From: Chiloscyllium plagiosum
Taxonomy: Eukaryota
Length of the DNA stretch: 46,954 nucleotides
Assembly: GCF_004010195.1 (NCBI RefSeq)
Contig: NW_025214837.1
Coordinates: 5,482 to 52,435, forward strand
Direction: 5' to 3'
The notes under the pieces: model-generated
Database searches by the model: none
The model's input: the letters and a program-made list of their open reading frames with translations, nothing else
Told to the model about the DNA's origin: nothing
In this document: one piece after another, positions 1 to 11,520 of the stretch
Layout: every line of letters starts with the position of its first letter
Position numbering within the stretch: the stretch's first letter is position 1
Translations under genes and position numbers: made by a program

Positions 1-272
1 AGGAGAAACTTCTTCACCCAGTGAGTGGTGGCTGTGTGGAATGCTCTGTCCCAGAGGGCAGTGGAGGCCCAGCCTCTGGATTCCCAGTCTCTGGATTCAT
101 TTAAGAAAGAGTTGGATAGAGCTCTCAAAGATAGTGGAATCAAGGGTTATGGAGATAAGGCAGGAACAGGATACTGATTAGGAATTATCAGCCATGATTA
201 TATTGAATGGTGGTGCAGGCTCGAAGGGCTGAATGGCCTACTCCTGCTCATATTGCCTATTGTCTATTGTCT
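1..272 (+). mobile_element. CR1/HER1-type LINE 3' end
   Basis: 3' RT-end sequence (NFFTQ.VVAVWNAL), 3' UTR ggctcgaagggctgaatggcctactcc and (ctattgt)n tail; duplicate of 36830-37094. Confidence 0.9.
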
Positions 273-476
273 AAGCATGGCCAGACAGATCATAGGGTGG
301 AAATAGACTTGGACAGAGTAAGGCATGCAGGATACACTGTCCAGGACAAGCACTAGACAAGATCAACATGAATAAGATCAGCATTATTTGAACTTAGAGA
401 GTCCATTCATCAGTCTAACGTGTTTTTCCTAATAGTTTATATGCCTTAATTAACTCTCCCCACATGAATGCGAAGT

Positions 477-793
477 CGGCACGGTGGCACAGTGGTTAGC
501 ACTGCTGCCTCACAGCGCCAGAGACCCGGCTTCAATTCCCGTCTCAGGCGACTCTCTGTGTGGAGTTGGCACATTCGCCCCGTGTCTGCATGGATTTCCT
601 CCGGGTGCTCCGCTTTCCTCCCACAATCCAAAAATGTGCAGGTTAGGTGAATTGGCCAAGTTAAATTGCCCGTAGTGGTAGGTGAAGGGGCAAATGCAGG
701 GGAATGGGTCTGTGTGGGATGTGCTTCGGCGAGTCGGTGTGGAGTTGTTTCGCCGAAGGGCCTGTTTCCAGACTGTAAGTAATCTAATCTAAT
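477..793 (+). mobile_element. HE1-type tRNA-derived SINE
   Basis: Head cggcacggtggcacagtggttagcactgctgcctcacagcgcc with box A/B-like motifs, CR1-like 3' end, (taatc)n tail. Confidence 0.92.
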
Positions 794-1105
794 CAGCGTG
801 TGAACCCGTACTGAACATTATGTTGTTCACAAGCCCCAACAACAGCCACAACACCTTCCATCTGAAACAGGTAGCCATTCCCACCAGCTCCCGTACTACA
901 TAGAGAACACCAGGCTGTCACCTCGGAGATGGAACATGCCTTTTTGAGACTTCACACAAGCCATATGGCTTCCCTCCTCACCGCGAGTAAACCACGTTAA
1001 TGTCCCACGTGTGTATCATGAGCGATTGCGCCACGAGATACAACGTGGGGCAATCTGTCTGTGCAGCCTCTGCTCCAATTGGTCATCATATTAGAGCATC
1101 AATTA

Positions 1106-1212
1106 GGAGACAGTGAGGACTGCCCATGCTGGAGATCAGAGTACACAGTGGTTTGCTGGAAAAGCAGAGCAGGAGAGTCGACGTTTTGGGCTAGGACATT
1201 CATCAGGATCAG
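1106..1212 (-). mobile_element. Penelope-like pLTR fragment with decayed hammerhead motif
   Basis: Reverse complement matches the end of 22917-23046 (cctgatgaa...aaaacgtcgactctcctgctc...ctctgatctccagcat...gcagtcctcact). Confidence 0.7.
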
Positions 1213-1254
1213 CATCAATTACCCTATTCTGCTCCTGTGTAAGTGCATTGAGGT

Positions 1255-1400
1255 GGGAATGGCCTCCTACTGTTCCTATATAATTGGCTCAACGGGCTGA
1301 ATGGCCTCATTCTGTTCCTGTATAAGTGGCTCAACGGGCTGAATGGCCTCAATCTGTTTCTGTGTAATTGACTCAAAGGACTGTATGATTTCTTCCTTGT
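1255..1400 (+). repeat. ~42-bp minisatellite derived from the CR1 3' tail
   Basis: ggctcaacgggctgaatggcctc at 1286 and 1328, degenerate copy at 1370; also at ~38080-38220. Confidence 0.8.
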
Positions 1401-1472
1401 CTGGTTGGACATGGCCAAGGGCCGAATTGGGTTACCCCTGTTTCCTGTTTGACAGCTCGATGTGCTGACAAA

Positions 1473-1886
1473 TGTGATGATGCCGCAACTTTAAGAGGTT
1501 ATTTTGTCCTGGTTTCTTTTAAGAGAGAGATTGAACGAGCTGGCTAGTTAAGACCACTGGGTAAACAGCGAGGGAGGCCTTGGGTTTATTTTAATGCAGC
1601 TTGAATGGGTGTGGCCAACTCTCACAGATTAGGATCTCTGGGTTTTGGTTTCTCAGCAACATCAGAAAATATTGGGGTCTACACAGAGTTGGAAGCTACA
1701 GTGAATGTCTCCTGGCTGATACTCTCTCTGTATTTTCTCTTGCTGCTGTTTTTAATTCCTGGATTGGAGAAATGGTTGTGACATTCTGTGTCTGAACATT
1801 CATTTTTGCCAAGCGCTATATTGGAACAGTTCATTAGTAATCGCTCCACGATCTATTATTCTGTTAACTTGGCCAACAGAATTACA
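1473..1886 (+). mobile_element. Truncated solo LTR (Gypsy-like)
   Basis: Starts tgtgatga; the paralog at 38294-38910 is longer and contains aataaa; resembles shark Gypsy LTRs. Confidence 0.5.
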
Positions 1887-2989
1887 ACCTCTTTTGTCCA
1901 TGTCAATTGGCCATGATGTAGGAACAACACGTGTTTTCTTAAAAAGATGGTATTGAATGTGACGGTTTCTCTTCTCAAGAATGTTAGGGAGCAAGATGAA
2001 TGAATGTATTTGAAGAAGAGGGAGATGGATATTGACCTGACAGAGAGTTGAGGGCGATGAAGAATTGGGTATGAAAGAGGACTTGAGACCAAGAGCAGAT
2101 CAGTCATGATCTTAGTGAAGGACAAGGCAGGCTTGGGGAGTGAACGACCTGTCCCTGTTTCTGATGCTCTCACATTCTGTTATTGGAGAGTTAGTGGGTG
2201 TTATTGTCATAAATGTGCAATTACTGAATATTGCAGTCAGGAGGACCAGATGATTTTGTGAGCCATCTCTGGTGAGTGTATGGGCTGTATTCAGAGTCAA
2301 TCTGCGTCGACAGCATCACCAACAAATAAAGCACAAGTTGCAGAGAGGGGAAGCTCTGTGAAGAGAGATGAGGGGCCTCTTTCATACCTGTGCCTGGATT
2401 TTCGGATTACATTTCCCAAATCACCTCAAATCGTGTGTGACAGTCTTGAGAGGCTGAATGGTCTCCTCTGTTTCTGTGCACCAGATTATAGGAGTAAGTG
2501 GCCGACTTGGGTAATATTTTAAGTGCCAGCTTTCATCTCAGTGTGGATTTATTATAATCAGGTTACCATTACTGAATTACATAATACACTTTGTATTGTT
2601 AAACAAATGCAAAATATTTGTCTCAACTGTAGGATATTGAGTGCACGTGCTGTGCTATCGAAATTAACTATGAACGTCTTCAATCGCTATTATCTGTAAG
2701 CTACAATATTAAGGAAAGAAATCCTGCAGTCACAGTTTGCCCAATGAAGGGTCTCGAATAGATTATTGTCACTGAACACCACCTCTAACGTGCAACTCCC
2801 CTCTTCCTAATACAATGACATGACACTAGACCGCTGATTACTGTCCAAGCTCTCCTCCCCATTGGCAGTGTCTGCAATCTGTCCCTCCTCCCCCAAACCA
2901 CGCAAGGCAACCCAAGTTCAGGGTCTTTGAGAAATTCAAGGCCGGATTGTGCAAACATCCTGGAGACGGGGAGGATATTTTAAAGGGGG

Positions 2990-3773
2990 AGAGTGAGGAG
3001 GTGGTAATATCACACACTGGGCTGAGGGGTGGCAGATAGAGTTTAGTTTGGATTAATGCGAGGTATTGGATTTCGTAAATTAAACAAGAGCAGGACCTAT
3101 ACAATTAAAAGCAGGGCCTTTGGCAGTGTTGGAGAACAGAAACTTAGGCTATCAGGTATAATTCTTTAAAATTTGCATCTCAGATAGATAGTGTGGTAAA
3201 GGAGGTGTTTAACCTACTTGTCTTCATTGGTCAGACCTTTGAGTGTCGGAATTGGGATGTTATGTTGAGGGTGCACAGGATATTGGTGAGGCCTCTTCTT
3301 GAATACTGTGTCCAGTCTAGTCACCCAGCCCGCTCATTCCATAGGCACACCACCCTCTGGATGAAAAAGCTGCCCCTTAGGTCACTTTTAAGTGTTCCCC
3401 TCTCACCTTAAACCTGCTCCGTCTAGTTTTGGTCTCCCCACCCATAGAAAATACCTTGATTATTCACTTTGATATTACTGACGTTGATATTATAAAGCTG
3501 GAGAGGATCGAGCAGACATTAACCTGGATGTTGTTGGGAATGGAGGGAGTGAGCTATGAGGAGAGGCTGGATAGACTGGGACTCTTTTCTATGGAGAGTA
3601 TGAGATTAAGGAGTAACTTTACAGATGTTTACAAAATAATGAGGGGTACAGAGAAGGTGAAGAGCTGATGTATTTGCCCGACAGTTGGGGATTCAAAACT
3701 CAGTGATATTTTAAGGTGTGAGGAAAAGGGTTGACAGTAGTCATGAGAGGTAATTATTTTAGACAGAATCTGG
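2990..3773 (+). mobile_element. Degenerate CR1 RT C-terminal fragment with an inverted CR1 piece (~3330-3470)
   Basis: LVRPLLEYCVQ and LERI...MLLGMEGVSYEERLDRLGLFS motifs. Confidence 0.85.
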
Positions 3774-4714
3774 NNNNNNNNNNNNNNNNNNNNNNNNNNN
3801 NNNNNNNNNNNNNNNNNNNNNNNNNNNNNNNNNNNNNNNNNNNNNNNNNNNNNNNNNNNNNNNNNNNNNNNNNNNNNNNNNNNNNNNNNNNNNNNNNNNN
3901 NNNNNNNNNNNNNNNNNNNNNNNNNNNNNNNNNNNNNNNNNNNNNNNNNNNNNNNNNNNNNNNNNNNNNNNNNNNNNNNNNNNNNNNNNNNNNNNNNNNN
4001 NNNNNNNNNNNNNNNNNNNNNNNNNNNNNNNNNNNNNNNNNNNNNNNNNNNNNNNNNNNNNNNNNNNNNNNNNNNNNNNNNNNNNNNNNNNNNNNNNNNN
4101 NNNNNNNNNNNNNNNNNNNNNNNNNNNNNNNNNNNNNNNNNNNNNNNNNNNNNNNNNNNNNNNNNNNNNNNNNNNNNNNNNNNNNNNNNNNNNNNNNNNN
4201 NNNNNNNNNNNNNNNNNNNNNNNNNNNNNNNNNNNNNNNNNNNNNNNNNNNNNNNNNNNNNNNNNNNNNNNNNNNNNNNNNNNNNNNNNNNNNNNNNNNN
4301 NNNNNNNNNNNNNNNNNNNNNNNNNNNNNNNNNNNNNNNNNNNNNNNNNNNNNNNNNNNNNNNNNNNNNNNNNNNNNNNNNNNNNNNNNNNNNNNNNNNN
4401 NNNNNNNNNNNNNNNNNNNNNNNNNNNNNNNNNNNNNNNNNNNNNNNNNNNNNNNNNNNNNNNNNNNNNNNNNNNNNNNNNNNNNNNNNNNNNNNNNNNN
4501 NNNNNNNNNNNNNNNNNNNNNNNNNNNNNNNNNNNNNNNNNNNNNNNNNNNNNNNNNNNNNNTTCACTTCGTCTGGTTTGTATCAGGATTTTTGTTGCTC
4601 CATTGACAGCATGTCATTATTCGACTCTGTCCGTGGGAATATAGCCGTATTTCACTTTCTCACACTAGTGAGTGTCGCGGAATTTCAGTTGTTGCATGGG
4701 AACTGTGACGCTAT

Positions 4715-5000
4715 AACAATCTCAATGTTTGCAGATGGCACCAAACCTGGAAGAATTGTAAAGTCTATGGAGGACAGTGTGGAACTCTAACAGGACAGTG
4801 ATACGTTGGTGTAGTGTTCAGGTGTATGGCAGCTGGCGATCAGTACAGAGCAGTGTGAGCGATGCAGTTAGGTAGGAAAGACAATGAAAGACAGTTTAAA
4901 ACAGGCCATACCGTTAAATAGGGGCTGCAGGAACAGAGAGCGCTGCATATATATGAGCATAGATTGTTGAAGATGTCAGGACAAGTGAGGAAAGCAGTAA
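4715..5000 (+). mobile_element. Degenerate CR1 RT fragment
   Basis: ISMFADGTKPGRIV..EDS resembles the CR1 ISKFADDTKLGG motif; copies at 8195-8271 and 46215-46500. Confidence 0.75.
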
Positions 5001-5004
5001 CTCT

Positions 5005-6190
5005 CACAGATTAGTTTCAGTTTCTGAGCTGTTTAAAGGGAGAGGTGTAGGAGGGAGTCTCGGTGCTCCCTTCCTGGGAGGTGGTGGAGACAATGTGTTG
5101 TGAGCCCACCCTCCTGCCCACCGAGACCATGGGGATTCCATTTGTACCAGCTCAACACAAAAGGGAGATGGCATCAGGGCCACGGCTTCTAAATTGTGCC
5201 GGGGGAAACGGAGCTGCCAGTGGGTTAAAAGTGAGAATTGCCCTTCACAGAACATGGCTCCTTGGTCAGTGTGACGTGGCTATTTCAGAATCTCTACACG
5301 AGGCGTCCCGGTCCTGTCCGGCTTGTACCAGGGTCCTCCCCACATGGCAGGGGTAGGGGGGTGAGGGAACGGATATCGGGCACTCCACCACCCGGCTTGG
5401 CCCTCTCTGTCCTATTCCAGGCTGTTTCTCCTGGAATTGGAGAAGGGGAGGGCTGGAGTGAGGGTGGGGGTGGGTGGCCCTGCTGTTAGTGCTGGTGTAG
5501 GTGGGGGTCAGTGTCATGGTGAGGTGTCCGGAGGGAATCAGTCCACAGTGTTGTATGCATGCAGCATTATTAGTGTAGGGGAGTGGGGTAAATTGGAGGG
5601 AAGGGGGTGGGTGGCGAAGGTGCTGCATGCAGTAGTGAGAATGGTGGAGCATGAGCCTTGTTCGGGGGTCGGTGCTATAACAGATATACAGTGAGTGTGA
5701 GGGAACAGACAGAATACGGTGACCCTTATCCTGAAAGAGCGGGGAAGGTTTTGAAACTTGACCTGTATTGCTGGGCATTTCTTCAGACCGCAGAAACTGC
5801 ACTGAGGTAGGTGGTGAGCTCAGACCATGCTTGATGGGTCTGGTGGTGTGGCCTCCTCTGGAAAGAGAATGGTCTCATTCTGTACTAGCTCATCCACCAG
5901 CACCTCCTTGCCCATGATCTGTCATGCTCGAGGTAAACTGTGCAGGGCAGCTCCGAACTGAGAAAGATCAACCGTGTGCTCATTGGCCTTTTAAAGATGG
6001 CACCAGTGCCAGTGATAACAGAATATCCAGGGGCACCCGGACGATTGTGAGTACCACCCGCCAATATGGGTGGGAGAATCGGGCTGGTATTGAATGATAG
6101 AGACACCATGGGGTTGGGTGGGTAGTTAATGAGGTGAGTCCGATACGATAGCACCAGGAAACTATCTCAGCCTCGTGCGGACGATCCCTC
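5005..6190 (-). mobile_element. PIF/Harbinger-like DNA transposon remnant with decayed Myb/SANT-like ORF
   Basis: Minus strand ~5920-5740 reads EVLVDELVQNETILFP...AWSELTTYLSAVSAV*RNAQQYR, like Myb/SANT DNA-binding domains of Harbinger; boundaries approximate. Confidence 0.6.
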
Positions 6191-6659
6191 AGTCACATTC
6201 ATGGAAAATCAAACAAAGATTGTTAGAATCTGCCCAATGAGTCATAGATTCGGTTGAAAGCAATTCCAGTAACAAAGATGCAGAACAAATGCTCATCTGG
6301 CCACACACCAATATCCTTTTTTCCCATCTTTCCTGGGAAGATAGGTTCATGTTAGAGGATGTTATCGAAGTGTCTACATTTGAACATTCTGAAACCTAGG
6401 AACACATCCTTCCATGATACTGTCTCTCAGTCTCCCCCTCTCTGTCTATTCCCCAAACCAATCCCATGTAGTGATATTCAAACTGATTCCCCCGCGATCT
6501 CTCTCTGGCGCTGATGTGTCATATCCACAGTACTCTCTTGTCATGGTAGAATGGAGATATGAAGCTGTTAATGGGTGGGAGTTGCAGATCCTGTCACTTC
6601 CAGCACGGGCTGCAAGTTTCCCCTACTGCGCAGGGATCTAACACAGTGTTACTGAGGAA

Positions 6660-6837
6660 TGCAGTGGGTTGGTGTACAGAGCTCTACATGCCGGGAGGGT
6701 AACTGCTCCTGGTTTACAGATCAATGTAATGGGGTGGGGTACACAGTGCTATATGTTGGTTGGGTAACTGCTCCTGGTTTACAGATCAATGCACTGGGGT
6801 GGTGTACACAGTCCTACATACTGGGAGGGTAACTGCT
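6660..6837 (+). repeat. 65-bp minisatellite (~3 units)
   Basis: aactgct at 6701, 6766, 6831. Confidence 0.85.
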
Positions 6838-7201
6838 TCAGTGATATTTTAAGGTGTGAGGAAAAGGGTTGACAGTAGTCATGAGAGGTAATTATTTTAG
6901 ACAGAATCTGGTTTATGTGTGGAATGAACTCCCAGAGCAATTGTTGAAAGCAGGGAAAGTTACAATGTTTGAAGGACATTTAGATCAGTACATGGATAAG
7001 ACATCAGTTTGGTTGGTGCTGTGAGCAGCTGCCCTCTCCCTCCCCCTCTCTGAATGAATCTCTGTTGGTTTTCACTCTCTGCCAATGCAGGTGCAGTGGC
7101 GTGGGGAGGCCAGCAGAGGGTGGCATTGCATTACTCAAAGCACCACAGAGACTGCCAGACCTGCCCCACACAGAGACACACAGATACACACACACAGGAA
7201 T

Positions 7202-7968
7202 TGTCAGGGCGCGACATGAAGCTCATCTGGTAACTTAAACTAAACATAAAGAAATGCTCAATTTGCCTCATAAACTGTTAAAATATGAGTGACAGAGAAC
7301 TCCCACATTCCACTATTTACATAATAACATCAATTTATTTTTTAATTCTGAGAGGGAACATTTTACATCAAGCATTCTGAATTCTGAGACCTCCTTTCTT
7401 TTAACTGCTTATTACCCCACTCCAACTATATAATGATATACTGTTTCAAAAAGACACTTATTAAAATTGCACTCATTTAATTTCAAAATCACACAGCAGC
7501 TGTTGTTTGTGTGTTTTCTTGTGGCCATGGATCTCTCTGGGTCGTCGTCTTTCTTTTTACTGCGAATATGTTCCATATGAAAAGGTACCTTTGATAGAGA
7601 GTGTTTCCTAAACTCTTGGATCTGTGTTGATGGCATTTACTCTGTCTGCAATTTTCTAAATGCCTGCATTTTTAATATGCACAACGTCGGATCATCTCAT
7701 TGGTTCAACTTCTGAAAACCAATACATTCAAACTTGATTTGGTTTTAGTATCATGCGGCATAATTTAAAGTGTTTGGTAAAATTCGAATTATTGTCCAAG
7801 GAGCAACCATCTCAGGGATCTATTTCACAGCCAAATGTGACATATTTTCAGTTGTCCTTCACACTCTGGGTCTGCCATCCTCTCATATCACAGGTGCTTG
7901 GTAGCTCTCAGTTCAGAACAGCTTTCCCTCTCTCTTAAAGGTACATGCACACTTTCGACTTCATGACA
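7202..7968. mobile_element. Probable solo LTR (~770 bp)
   Basis: Terminal inverted tgtca...tgaca (TG...CA), no coding content; paralog 45206-45986. Confidence 0.5.
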
Positions 7969-9874
7969 TTAATACCCTGATGTCAATACAGAAACTTGGA
8001 GCCAATCTGGAATTCTCTTCTCTATGGTTTGTCAATATTTCATTCACTTCGTCTAGTTTGTATCAGGATTTTTATTGCTCCATTGACAGCATGTCATTAT
8101 TCGACTCTGTCCGTTTGGAATATAGCGGGATTTCACTTGCTCACACTCGTGAGAGTCGCAGAATTTCAGTTATTGCATGGGAACTGTGACGCTATAACAA
8201 TCTCAATGTTTGTAGATGGCACCAAACCTAGAAGAATTGTGAAGTCTATGGAGGACAGTGTGGAACTCTAANNNNNNNNNNNNNNNNNNNNNNNNNNNNN
8301 NNNNNNNNNNNNNNNNNNNNNNNNNNNNNNNNNNNNNNNNNNNNNNNNNNNNNNNNNNNNNNNNNNNNNNNNNNNNNNNNNNNNNNNNNNNNNNNNNNNN
8401 NNNNNNNNNNNNNNNNNNNNNNNNNNNNNNNNNNNNNNNNNNNNNNNNNNNNNNNNNNNNNNNNNNNNNNNNNNNNNNNNNNNNNNNNNNNNNNNNNNNN
8501 NNNNNNNNNNNNNNNNNNNNNNNNNNNNNNNNNNNNNNNNNNNNNNNNNNNNNNNNNNNNNNNNNNNNNNNNNNNNNNNNNNNNNNNNNNNNNNNNNNNN
8601 NNNNNNNNNNNNNNNNNNNNNNNNNNNNNNNNNNNNNNNNNNNNNNNNNNNNNNNNNNNNNNNNNNNNNNNNNNNNNNNNNNNNNNNNNNNNNNNNNNNN
8701 NNNNNNNNNNNNNNNNNNNNNNNNNNNNNNNNNNNNNNNNNNNNNNNNNNNNNNNNNNNNNNNNNNNNNNNNNNNNNNNNNNNNNNNNNNNNNNNNNNNN
8801 NNNNNNNNNNNNNNNNNNNNNNNNNNNNNNNNNNNNNNNNNNNNNNNNNNNNNNNNNNNNNNNNNNNNNNNNNNNNNNNNNNNNNNNNNNNNNNNNNNNN
8901 NNNNNNNNNNNNNNNNNNNNNNNNNNNNNNNNNNNNNNNNNNNNNNNNNNNNNNNNNNNNNNNNNNNNNNNNNNNNNNNNNNNNNNNNNNNNNNNNNNNN
9001 NNNNNNNNNNNNNNNNNNNNNNNNNNNNNNNNNNNNNNNNNNNNNNNNNNNNNNNNNNNNNNNNNNNNNNNNNNNNNNNNNNNNNNNNNNNNNNNNNNNN
9101 NNNNNNNNNNNNNNNNNNNNNNNNNNNNNTGCCATGCTCGAGGTAAACTGTGCAGGGCAGCTCCGAACTGAGAAAGCTCAACCGTGTGCCCATTGGCCTT
9201 TTAAAGATGGCACCAGTGCCAGGGATCACGGAATATCCAGGGGCACCCGGGCGATTGTGAGTACCACGCGTCAAGATGGGTGGGAGAATCGGGCTGGTAT
9301 TGAATGAGAGAGACATCATGGGGTGGGCTGGGTAGTTAATGAGGTGAGTCCGACACGATAGCACCAGGAAACTATCTCAGCCTCGTGCGGACGATCCCTC
9401 AGTCACACTCATGGAAAATCAAACAAAGATAAATTATTGTTAGAATCTGCCCAATGAGTCATAGATTCAGTTGAAAGCAATTCCAGTAACAAAGATGCAG
9501 AACAAATGCTCATCTGGCCTCACACCAATATCTTGTTTTCCCATCTTTCCTGGGAAGACAGTTCATGTTATAGGATGTTATCGAAGTGTCTACATTTGAA
9601 CATTCTGAAACCTGGGAACACATCCTTCCATGATACTGTCTCTCAGTCTCACCCTCTCTGTCTAGTCCCCAAACCACTCCCATGTCGTGAAATTCAAACT
9701 GATTCCCCCGCGATCTCTCTCTGGCACTGATGTTCATATCCACAGTACCCCCTTGTCATGGTAGAATGGAGATATGAAGCTGTTAATGGGTGGGAGTTGC
9801 ACATCCTGTCACTTCCAGCACGGGATGCAAGTTTCCCCTACTGCGCAGGGATCTAACACAGTGTTAATGACGAA

Positions 9875-10132
9875 TGCAGTGGGTTGGTGTACAGAGCTCT
9901 ACATGCCGGGAGGGTAACTGCTCCTGGTTTACAGATCAATGCACTGGGGTGGGGTACACAGTGCTATATGTTGGTTGGGTAACTGCTCCTGGCTTACAGA
10001 TCAATGCACTGGGTTGGTGCACACAGTCCTACATGCTGGGAGGGTAACTGCTCCTGGTTTACAGATCAATGCACTGGGGTGGTGGACACAGTCCTACATT
10101 CTGGGAGGGTAACTGCTCCTGGGTTACAGATT
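9875..10132 (+). repeat. 65-bp minisatellite (~4 units)
   Basis: aactgctcctgg at 9916, 9981, 10046, 10111. Confidence 0.9.
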
Positions 10133-10616
10133 AATTCACGGGTGATCACTGCACAGATCGCTGTGCTGGTCAGTCATTCTGGTTGAGGTTTACAGATACT
10201 GCAATGATTTGGTCTGTGCAGTTCCCCATGCTGGATGGATATTTGTTTCAGGTTCACACATAAGTGCCCTGCTGTGTCTGCTCATCTCCCCGTGCTGGAC
10301 AGATATGTAGCCTGTGCACAGTACATCATGACGGTGGGGTGCAGGAGGGGAAAGGATATGGACAGCTGAAGGAGATCCTGGAACGTTCTGTCCCCGACAT
10401 TCTATAACTGACATCCCCGGAACGTTCTGTCCCCAACATTCCAAAACTGACATTTTTGTCAGTAATTCCGACCTTCCCATTTGTTATTCCAGATCCAATT
10501 ATTTTAATAAATCCCTGAATACAGTGGCACATTTGAAAATCTCACTGGGTCCCCGATCAAACGGGTCCCTTTGCCTCCAGGCTGATGGATAATGGGTTTG
10601 TTTTCCTTCCTCACAG

Positions 10617-10689
10617 TTAACGTAGTGACCATCTACGTCCTGCTTTATAAAGATTGTGGATTGTCTCCATGTGTCAGACGTTACCTGGG
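10617..10689 (+). CDS. Start of the large coding exon of a GPR139/GPR142-like class A GPCR (end of TM1, ICL1, start of TM2); runs into the N gap
   Basis: Polypyrimidine acceptor ttttccttcctcacag|TT AAC GTA GTG; translation (V)NVVTIYVLLYKDCGLSPCVRRYL matches the shark GPR139-like pattern VN..AI.IL..GKCGLS.C..RYL.AMA; phase-1 intron just before the TM1 Asn as recalled for GPR139. Confidence 0.75.
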
Positions 10690-11514
10690 NNNNNNNNNNN
10701 NNNNNNNNNNNNNNNNNNNNNNNNNNNNNNNNNNNNNNNNNNNNNNNNNNNNNNNNNNNNNNNNNNNNNNNNNNNNNNNNNNNNNNNNNNNNNNNNNNNN
10801 NNNNNNNNNNNNNNNNNNNNNNNNNNNNNNNNNNNNNNNNNNNNNNNNNNNNNNNNNNNNNNNNNNNNNNNNNNNNNNNNNNNNNNNNNNNNNNNNNNNN
10901 NNNNNNNNNNNNNNNNNNNNNNNNNNNNNNNNNNNNNNNNNNNNNNNNNNNNNNNNNNNNNNNNNNNNNNNNNNNNNNNNNNNNNNNNNNNNNNNNNNNN
11001 NNNNNNNNNNNNNNNNNNNNNNNNNNNNNNNNNNNNNNNNNNNNNNNNNNNNNNNNNNNNNNNNNNNNNNNNNNNNNNNNNNNNNNNNNNNNNNNNNNNN
11101 NNNNNNNNNNNNNNNNNNNNNNNNNNNNNNNNNNNNNNNNNNNNNNNNNNNNNNNNNNNNNNNNNNNNNNNNNNNNNNNNNNNNNNNNNNNNNNNNNNNN
11201 NNNNNNNNNNNNNNNNNNNNNNNNNNNNNNNNNNNNNNNNNNNNNNNNNNNNNNNNNNNNNNNNNNNNNNNNNNNNNNNNNNNNNNNNNNNNNNNNNNNN
11301 NNNNNNNNNNCCATCCGGGATTTTCTCATTTCAGTTCAGTGTTTCAGCAATGGGGCAACCTGTCGCTATGGTAACAGACTGAGGGTAGCGCTGGTTTGTC
11401 CACCCTTATCCGACAGGGGGTTACAGGGAAACATTTCAATGTTCCTCACAACTCAGGGGCCAGTGAGAAAAGGACCCATCCCACAGACTGTATCCATCAT
11501 TTCCATTTATAAAC

Positions 11515-11520
11515 AATAAA
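11515..11520 (+). promoter_or_regulatory. Candidate polyadenylation signal of the GPCR transcript
   Basis: AATAAA, followed by ATTAAA at 11528 and a GT-rich tract at ~11559-11580, ~200 bp after the gap holding the exon body. Confidence 0.4.

Larger units (their letters stand above)
1..5455 (+). repeat. Segmental duplication copy 1 (paralog of 36830-46954)
   Basis: Co-linear near-identity of unique DNA and shared TE insertions; offsets 36821 early, ~41142 at 2838/43980, ~41499 at 5063/46562. Confidence 0.95.
3701..10052 (+). repeat. Local tandem duplication of ~3.2-3.5 kb (copy a 3701-6837, copy b 6839-10052)
   Basis: 6839 restarts cagtgatattttaaggtgtgagg seen at 3701; 8043-8271 matches 4563-4790; 9130-10052 matches 5920-6837. 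Confidence 0.9.

Noticed and set aside
477..545. tRNA genes
   Set aside because: tRNA-derived SINE heads continuing into the SINE body
446..675. Short 60-70 aa ORFs recurring at 446, 29832, 31418 and 37267
   Set aside because: Chance ORFs inside HE1 SINEs
2238..2272. Possible micro-exon (ttgcag...tctctg|gtgagt) as GPCR exon 1
   Set aside because: No hydrophobic TM1 coding and altered by a 9-bp deletion in the paralog; unsupported
10592..10616. ATG at 10592 as the GPCR start
   Set aside because: It lies just upstream of the polypyrimidine tract; MGLFSFLT is intron read-through and would omit most of TM1
3629..11519. Long ORFs spanning N runs
   Set aside because: Length comes from X codons; only the 10617-10689 part has recognisable coding signal
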